DNA of 17,746 nt, taken from the IMG/VR virus record IMGVR_UViG_3300045988_020405. One strand, 5' to 3'. Positions 13,349 through 17,746 of this stretch are shown piece by piece. The position numbers and the translations under genes are program-made. The notes beneath the pieces were generated by a model. The model searched no databases. It saw only the letters and a list, made by a program, of their open reading frames with translations, and was not told where the DNA came from. Within the stretch, counting starts at the first letter, position 1, and each line of letters begins with the position of its first letter. Source of the DNA: a virus.

Positions 13349-14563
13349 ATGGTAGACGTACAAGCATGGTTGGAACGCACCCAAAACCAATACTGGGATA
13401 TGGACGGGGCTTACGGCGCTCAATGCTGGGACTTGTGGGCGAAATACTGCATGGACAATTACAATCTAAGTCTTGGTGATTGCATCACGCCCACAGGTTA
13501 CGCGGAGGGCAATTACACCATGTTCCCCACCACGGCGGCGGTTGGACGTGTTTTTGAGAAAAAGGACGCCGACTATACGCCCGGCATGGGGGATGTCGTG
13601 TTTTGGAGGTTCGGCAGTCAAAACTACCCCGGCAGTCACGTGGCCATCGTGTGGGGTGGCGTCCGAGGGGATAATATCGACGTGTTGACGCAAAACCCGA
13701 CGCCCGCCGTGCATCAATTGTTGCCGCTCGCGAAAGGTTCACAACTGCTTGGCTATCTGCATCCCACTGCATTGCCGGAACCGCCGGAATCTGGCGATAA
13801 TCCGACAGGCGGTAATAATCCGGGTGTGAACGTGGACGGCGATATCTCCGCGTGGATACAATTACAGGGCGATAACCTCGTATGTCACAGTGGTTCGGGC
13901 ACGACGTCATCGCAATCCGTTTTCTATAAGGCGAGCGCCCAGACTTGGATATATCGTGGCGGCACGGGTCAGCCGGACGCCGACCAAGGTCAGGGGACGC
14001 CAAGCGTAGGCGACGGGAAAAGCTCATACGCGCTCTATGTCATCGGCACTGTCGAGTCATCATTACGCTGGGATGCCGTCGAACCTAACAATCAGGGTAT
14101 CGGCATCGCACAATGGTCGTTTGGTAGACGCTTGCAGGTGTTGAACGCTATGAAAGCGGTTGACGCCGAGGGGTATAAGTCGTTTGCCGCTGCCGCGCCA
14201 AACATCGCCACGCTTATGGAATCAGGCGGCGCGTTCGATAGGGCGATGACCGGTAGCGAGGTCGCCGCATTCCAGACGTGGGCGCGGCGCACGGAATCAC
14301 GACAGGGTCAGCGTAATCAGTTCGCAAAGGATTACGAGGGCTACCCGCAGATGTATGATGATGTGAAAATGCAGATACTGTGGGTGAGCGCCTATCATCA
14401 AAGCCCGGCGGGCGCGTTGAATGTGCCTCATGCTTCATCTCTTACCCAACTGTATAATAATATCCTTAATACGCCTCCGTTCGGGCCATACGGGACGCGC
14501 TACAACACCGTCTACTCGCTGTTGAACGTGTGGGACGGCACCAGTGCGCCGCCGAACTTCTGA
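13349..14563 (+). CDS. Tail-associated peptidoglycan hydrolase: N-terminal CHAP peptidase + C-terminal gp13-type lysozyme-like domain
   Basis: The CHAP signature has its Cys in GAQCWDLW and its His in PGSHVAIVW. The C-terminal part, GTVESSLRWDAVEPNNQGIGIAQWS, resembles the phi29 gp13 N-domain pattern QSES...G.G..QW. It occupies the gene-13 position. Confidence 0.85.
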   Translation: MVDVQAWLERTQNQYWDMDGAYGAQCWDLWAKYCMDNYNLSLGDCITPTGYAEGNYTMFPTTAAVGRVFEKKDADYTPGMGDVVFWRFGSQNYPGSHVAIVWGGVRGDNIDVLTQNPTPAVHQLLPLAKGSQLLGYLHPTALPEPPESGDNPTGGNNPGVNVDGDISAWIQLQGDNLVCHSGSGTTSSQSVFYKASAQTWIYRGGTGQPDADQGQGTPSVGDGKSSYALYVIGTVESSLRWDAVEPNNQGIGIAQWSFGRRLQVLNAMKAVDAEGYKSFAAAAPNIATLMESGGAFDRAMTGSEVAAFQTWARRTESRQGQRNQFAKDYEGYPQMYDDVKMQILWVSAYHQSPAGALNVPHASSLTQLYNNILNTPPFGPYGTRYNTVYSLLNVWDGTSAPPNF

Positions 14564-14564
14564 C

Positions 14565-14604
14565 ACAGTGACAAACCGGTAGATATATACCGGTTTGTCA
14601 CTGT
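14565..14604 (+). terminator. 17-bp perfect hairpin immediately after the hydrolase stop codon
   Basis: ACAGTGACAAACCGGTA (14565-14581), loop GATATA, TACCGGTTTGTCACTGT (14588-14604). All 17 pairs were checked. The U tract is weak. Confidence 0.55.
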
Positions 14605-14615
14605 TGTATGGTAGT

Positions 14616-15722
14616 ATGGATACTATGGAGAGGCTGTTAGCTGAGGGCGATTATTACGATTATGGGAGCGTATTATCCTATCACGCGCCTTGGATGTTCG
14701 TAATCGGCGCACGCGGCCTCGGAAAAACCTACGGAGCCAAAAAACTGGTCATAGGCGACTGGATAAAAAAACGCTGGCAATTCATCTATCTAAGACGTAC
14801 CGCCGAAGAACAGAAAAACAAGGGCACGTGGTTCGCAGACATCGCGGAACAATACCCGAAATTAGAGTTCCGCATATCCGGCAATCAAGCAGAATGTCAC
14901 TGGCTGGATGACAGGGACGCCACCACGGACAAACACGGCAAGACACGCCCAACATGGCACATCATGGGGTACTTCATCGCCCTCAGTCAAGCAGGACAGG
15001 TGAAATCGGTGGCCTATCCCAAGGTGCGAACCATTGTTTTTGATGAGATTTTCCCCGATAATATGCGGTATTTGGGCGGTGAAGTAACCGCGCTTGAGGA
15101 GTTCTATAATACGGTTGACCGTTGGAATGATAGGGTTCGCGTCATCATGTGCAGTAACGCGGTGACGTTGGCCAACCCGTATTTCAGCGCGTTCAACATC
15201 AATCTTAAACCGCAACTGGACAATCGCACGCAATACCAGCGCTATTGCAACGGGTTTATCATGGTGGAACTGGCTGACTACGGAGGGTTCAGCGCCAAGG
15301 TGGCCACCTCGAAATTCGGGCAGTTTTTACGCGAATATGACGAAAATTATGCGAATTATGCAATCAATAATGATTTCAGGGATAACGCCAATACTCTCAT
15401 CAGTGATTTCAATAACGCCGGTTATGCGTTCACATTAAGAACCACCGAATACGGTATTTTCAACGTGTATCAACAATTGAGTGACACCGATGAAGTATTA
15501 TATGTCATCACCAAGAAACAGCCGAAAATCACTAGGGATTTTACGTTTGACTACCGCCTAGTTGACAATGATTGCATCATGCTCAAACGTTCCGATGACA
15601 TGACACAGAAAATACTGAACGCCTATCGCGTCGGACGATTGCGTTTTGAAACACCGCAAATCAAAGCAGAATTCAGTATGATTCTTGGCGGCTTGTTGCA
15701 ACAATCAGGCATAAGAAAGTGA
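14616..15722 (+). CDS. DNA encapsidation ATPase (phi29 gp16-like)
   Basis: Walker A is GARGLGKTY and Walker B is RTIVFDEIF. FVIGARGLGKTY aligns with remembered gp16 FVIGARGIGKSY, and RVIMCSNAVTLANPYF aligns with RCICLSNAVSVVNPYF. The start is uncertain, either ATG 14616 or ATG 14625. The track's TTG 14595 lies inside the hairpin. Confidence 0.92.
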   Translation: MDTMERLLAEGDYYDYGSVLSYHAPWMFVIGARGLGKTYGAKKLVIGDWIKKRWQFIYLRRTAEEQKNKGTWFADIAEQYPKLEFRISGNQAECHWLDDRDATTDKHGKTRPTWHIMGYFIALSQAGQVKSVAYPKVRTIVFDEIFPDNMRYLGGEVTALEEFYNTVDRWNDRVRVIMCSNAVTLANPYFSAFNINLKPQLDNRTQYQRYCNGFIMVELADYGGFSAKVATSKFGQFLREYDENYANYAINNDFRDNANTLISDFNNAGYAFTLRTTEYGIFNVYQQLSDTDEVLYVITKKQPKITRDFTFDYRLVDNDCIMLKRSDDMTQKILNAYRVGRLRFETPQIKAEFSMILGGLLQQSGIRK

Positions 15723-15731
15723 GGAATATTC

Positions 15732-16097
15732 ATGCCAATCCATGAATTAATCGTTATCGGTATCGTATTTTTATTAGTACTGATTGACTATATTACCGGC
15801 GTAGTCAATGCGATCATGCACGGCGAACTGTCCAGCGAGAAAATGAGACAGGGACTCGGGCACAAGTTCGCGTACCTAGCGATTATTTGCGTCGCGTTAA
15901 TCGTTGAATACGGTTCGGACTACATCAATCTGGGGATTGAACTACCGGTGTTCATGCCGGTATGTGTGGGTATTTGTCTGATTGAAATCACGTCAATCAT
16001 GGAGAATTGCGTGAAAATCAACCCCGATTTAAAAGGCTCGAATATTCTCAACATTTTCAACATCGACAGAAAGGAAAACGATGGCAAGGAAGATTAA
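15732..16097 (+). CDS. Holin (phage_holin_4 / TcdE-like family)
   Basis: SD TGAGGAA. It has three hydrophobic segments, the hallmark DYITG motif followed by ..LSSEKMRQGLGHKF, and a charged C-terminus. It lies immediately upstream of, and overlaps, the endolysin gene. Confidence 0.85.
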   Translation: MPIHELIVIGIVFLLVLIDYITGVVNAIMHGELSSEKMRQGLGHKFAYLAIICVALIVEYGSDYINLGIELPVFMPVCVGICLIEITSIMENCVKINPDLKGSNILNIFNIDRKENDGKED

Positions 16098-17148
16098 GGC
16101 AATCGCCTATAGTATAATCGCCGCAATCGCCACACTGCTACTGGTATTCGCTCCAACCGCAAGCGCGGCGGACATGATAGACGTATCCAGTTGGCAAACC
16201 GGAATCAACGTCACCACGTCCGGCGCGCAAATCGTTGTCACCAAAGCCACCGAGGGCGTCGGATACGTCAACCCTGATTGTGACCGCGTAGTACAGGACG
16301 CCTTGAAGGCCGGGCAGGGCGTCGGCGTCTACCACTTCGCGCACACGGAAAACAGCGCCATCAGTGAGGCCAACTACTTTATCGACAACACACGCGGATA
16401 CATCGGCAAAGGCATCGTGCCCATTCTCGACTGGGAGCCAAACGCCCCGTGGGATACCGGTTGGGCGCTCACATGGCTCCAGACCGTGGAAGCCGCATGG
16501 GGCACCAAGCCGATTATCTACACAAATCAGTACACCGAAAATAGTTACGACTGGTCGGCGGTTGTCGCCGGAAATTATGGTCTATGGATTGCCGCGTATA
16601 CGCTAGGCTATACGCCAATATACGGGTTTAATCCGCCCTCAACCCAGCCCACACTCCGCTACTGGCCGTTTGCCGTAGCATGGCAATACACTAGCACCGG
16701 CTATGTCAACGGCTGGGGCGGAGGAGTTGACCTAAGCGTAGTTTACGGCGACCTCAACACGTGGCACGCATACGCGGGCAGCGAGCAGGTCGCACCCCAG
16801 CCCACACCGCAACCCACGCCACAGCCAGCACCACAGCCCAGCACGCCGAACACTCCATGTGACACCAATTGCGTTATCATCCAAAGCGGCCAGTATGTTT
16901 CAATGTTCTGGCCCGACTGGTGGAACGTCAGCGTACCCAGCGGCAACCCGTCAATCGTATACCCCGGCGACAAGGTATGTCACAACAGCGGCGGCAACAC
17001 CGCAACAGTATCGCGCACATACGTGGTACAGGCAGGCGACACACTATCAGGCATCGCCGCATGGCTCGGGGTCAGCATGTACAACATCACCGGGTACAGC
17101 TCAGGTAACATGAACCTCATCTACCCCGGAGAAGTACTCTACTACTAA
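16081..17148 (+). CDS. Endolysin: signal peptide + GH25 muramidase + Pro-rich linker + LysM repeats
   Basis: SD GAAAGGA. The N-terminus MARKIKAIAYSIIAAIATLLLVFAPTASA|AD looks like a Sec signal with an AXA site. GH25 motifs are DVSSWQ, ATEG, YHF and ILDWE. The linker is PQPTPQPTPQPAPQPSTP. The C-terminal LysM is YVVQAGDTLSGIAAWLGVSMYNI...IYPGEVL, preceded by a degenerate copy. Confidence 0.9.
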   Translation: MARKIKAIAYSIIAAIATLLLVFAPTASAADMIDVSSWQTGINVTTSGAQIVVTKATEGVGYVNPDCDRVVQDALKAGQGVGVYHFAHTENSAISEANYFIDNTRGYIGKGIVPILDWEPNAPWDTGWALTWLQTVEAAWGTKPIIYTNQYTENSYDWSAVVAGNYGLWIAAYTLGYTPIYGFNPPSTQPTLRYWPFAVAWQYTSTGYVNGWGGGVDLSVVYGDLNTWHAYAGSEQVAPQPTPQPTPQPAPQPSTPNTPCDTNCVIIQSGQYVSMFWPDWWNVSVPSGNPSIVYPGDKVCHNSGGNTATVSRTYVVQAGDTLSGIAAWLGVSMYNITGYSSGNMNLIYPGEVLYY

Positions 17149-17160
17149 CCTCCCAGCATG

Positions 17161-17190
17161 AATAAGCCCCCGCAGATTGCGGGGCTTATT
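17161..17190. terminator. Bidirectional terminator between convergent genes
   Basis: AATAAGCCCC (17161-17170) pairs with GGGGCTTATT (17181-17190), with three further inner pairs and one bulge. TTTGTT follows on +. It lies between the endolysin stop and the stop of the minus-strand ORF. Confidence 0.65.
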
Positions 17191-17199
17191 TGTTATCAG

Positions 17200-17442
17200 T
17201 CACCATACATCATCAATTGAAACAACATAGCAACCAACGCCATTTTTAACGCCACAACATACGAAATCAAAATCACAATCACCATAATCATGTTCAAGAA
17301 CCCTAGTAAGAGCTGATTTAAACGTGACCACGCCATTATCAATCTCCTTACAAGCAGTAACGATTTTCTCAAAACCGTCAACATCAACCGAATACACATG
17401 ACCCGGTGCAATCTCAGTCACATAGGCATTAACTTTAAACAT
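17200..17442 (-). CDS. Hypothetical right-end early protein (80 aa)
   Basis: The minus-strand ATG at 17442 is preceded by AAGGGAAAGGGAG at 5-nt spacing, which I prefer to the GTG at 17469. Cys-rich (DCDFDFVCCGVKNGVGC). No homology recognised. Confidence 0.5.
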   Translation of the reverse strand: MFKVNAYVTEIAPGHVYSVDVDGFEKIVTACKEIDNGVVTFKSALTRVLEHDYGDCDFDFVCCGVKNGVGCYVVSIDDVW

Positions 17443-17465
17443 CTTAACTCCCTTTCCCTTACTGC

Positions 17466-17663
17466 TCACTCAACTACACGATTCAAAAAAACCACAGGCT
17501 CAAAATAATAACGATAAAACTCGACCCCCTCACGCTCATACATAACAACAAGACAATCAACAATAGCCTCAACATCATAATCCACAACACGCTCACCACT
17601 GTTGCGAATATAATCAACAACCTCATTCTCAATGTCTTGACGATACATCATCTCAACCACCAT
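17466..17663 (-). CDS. Hypothetical right-end early protein (65 aa; alternative start at 17651)
   Basis: Its first five codons (MVVEM) lie inside the ITR and are identical to those of the left-end ORF 84-311. The rest is unrelated. Its stop overlaps the alternative GTG of the next ORF. Confidence 0.45.
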   Translation of the reverse strand: MVVEMMYRQDIENEVVDYIRNSGERVVDYDVEAIVDCLVVMYEREGVEFYRYYFEPVVFLNRVVE

Positions 17664-17746
17664 CCTTTCTATATCCTTGGTTGATACTTATATAATAACA
17701 CACCAAAAAAACAACACGCCCAACACACAAAAAAACAGCAAAAAAA
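17648..17746. repeat. Right inverted terminal repeat (99 bp)
   Basis: Exact reverse complement of 1-99. The window ends in A7, which is T7 at the 5' end of the minus strand. Confidence 0.95.
17687..17714 (-). promoter_or_regulatory. Mirror copy of the ITR promoter, firing leftward into the right-end genes
   Basis: Identical sequence by ITR symmetry, located upstream of the minus-strand ORF 17466-17663. Confidence 0.35.

Noticed and set aside
14595-14615. The TTG 14595 start for the packaging ATPase.
   Set aside because: It lies inside the 3' arm of the 17-bp hairpin and has no RBS. ATG 14616 or ATG 14625 is more plausible.
2033-16763. An apparent excess of the hexamer CACGTG. I counted about 13 by eye, against roughly 5 expected from approximate base composition.
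   Set aside because: Four of the 13 belong to the 14-bp palindrome family. The remainder is only a modest excess, and an eye count is error-prone. It needs a proper k-mer statistic before being called a signal.
16795-16855. The tandem CCNCAGCCN repeats (PQPTPQPTPQPAPQP).
   Set aside because: They are in frame inside the endolysin and encode a Pro-rich interdomain linker. They are not a CRISPR array or a regulatory repeat.

Overview
This 17,746-bp window looks like a complete linear phage genome rather than a chromosomal fragment. Bases 1-99 are the exact reverse complement of 17648-17746, forming an inverted terminal repeat (ITR). The gene content matches a small phi29-like, protein-primed podophage. 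I call 23 protein genes, 21 on + and 2 on - at the right end. Products I recognise by motifs and eye alignment to remembered phi29 proteins are: a possible p6-like protein, a p5-like SSB, a terminal protein (by position), a protein-primed family-B DNA polymerase, a scaffold (by position), a major capsid protein with a C-terminal Ig-like domain, a gp9-like tail knob, a gp10-like portal, a gp11-like lower collar, three fibre/appendage ORFs, a tail-associated CHAP + lysozyme-like hydrolase, a gp16-like packaging ATPase, a holin, and a signal-peptide GH25-LysM endolysin. Both ends carry small orphan early genes. I saw no tRNA, rRNA, CRISPR array, integrase or transposase. The observations most worth follow-up are: (1) a 14-bp perfect palindrome GTTTCACGTGAAAC present four times, twice as terminator-like hairpins and twice inside the polymerase ORF in different reading frames; (2) an ITR built from T7G units that also carries a promoter, RBS and start codon, giving mirror-image early units at both ends; (3) mirror-symmetric G+T strand skew confined to those terminal units; (4) a polymerase whose exonuclease motifs appear degenerate; (5) a 181-nt structured, promoter-preceded intergenic region that could encode a pRNA-like packaging RNA; (6) leaderless-type promoter geometry at three SD-less genes; (7) AT-rich compositional islands inside otherwise GC-rich structural genes. 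All homology statements come from memory and eye alignment. No searches were run.
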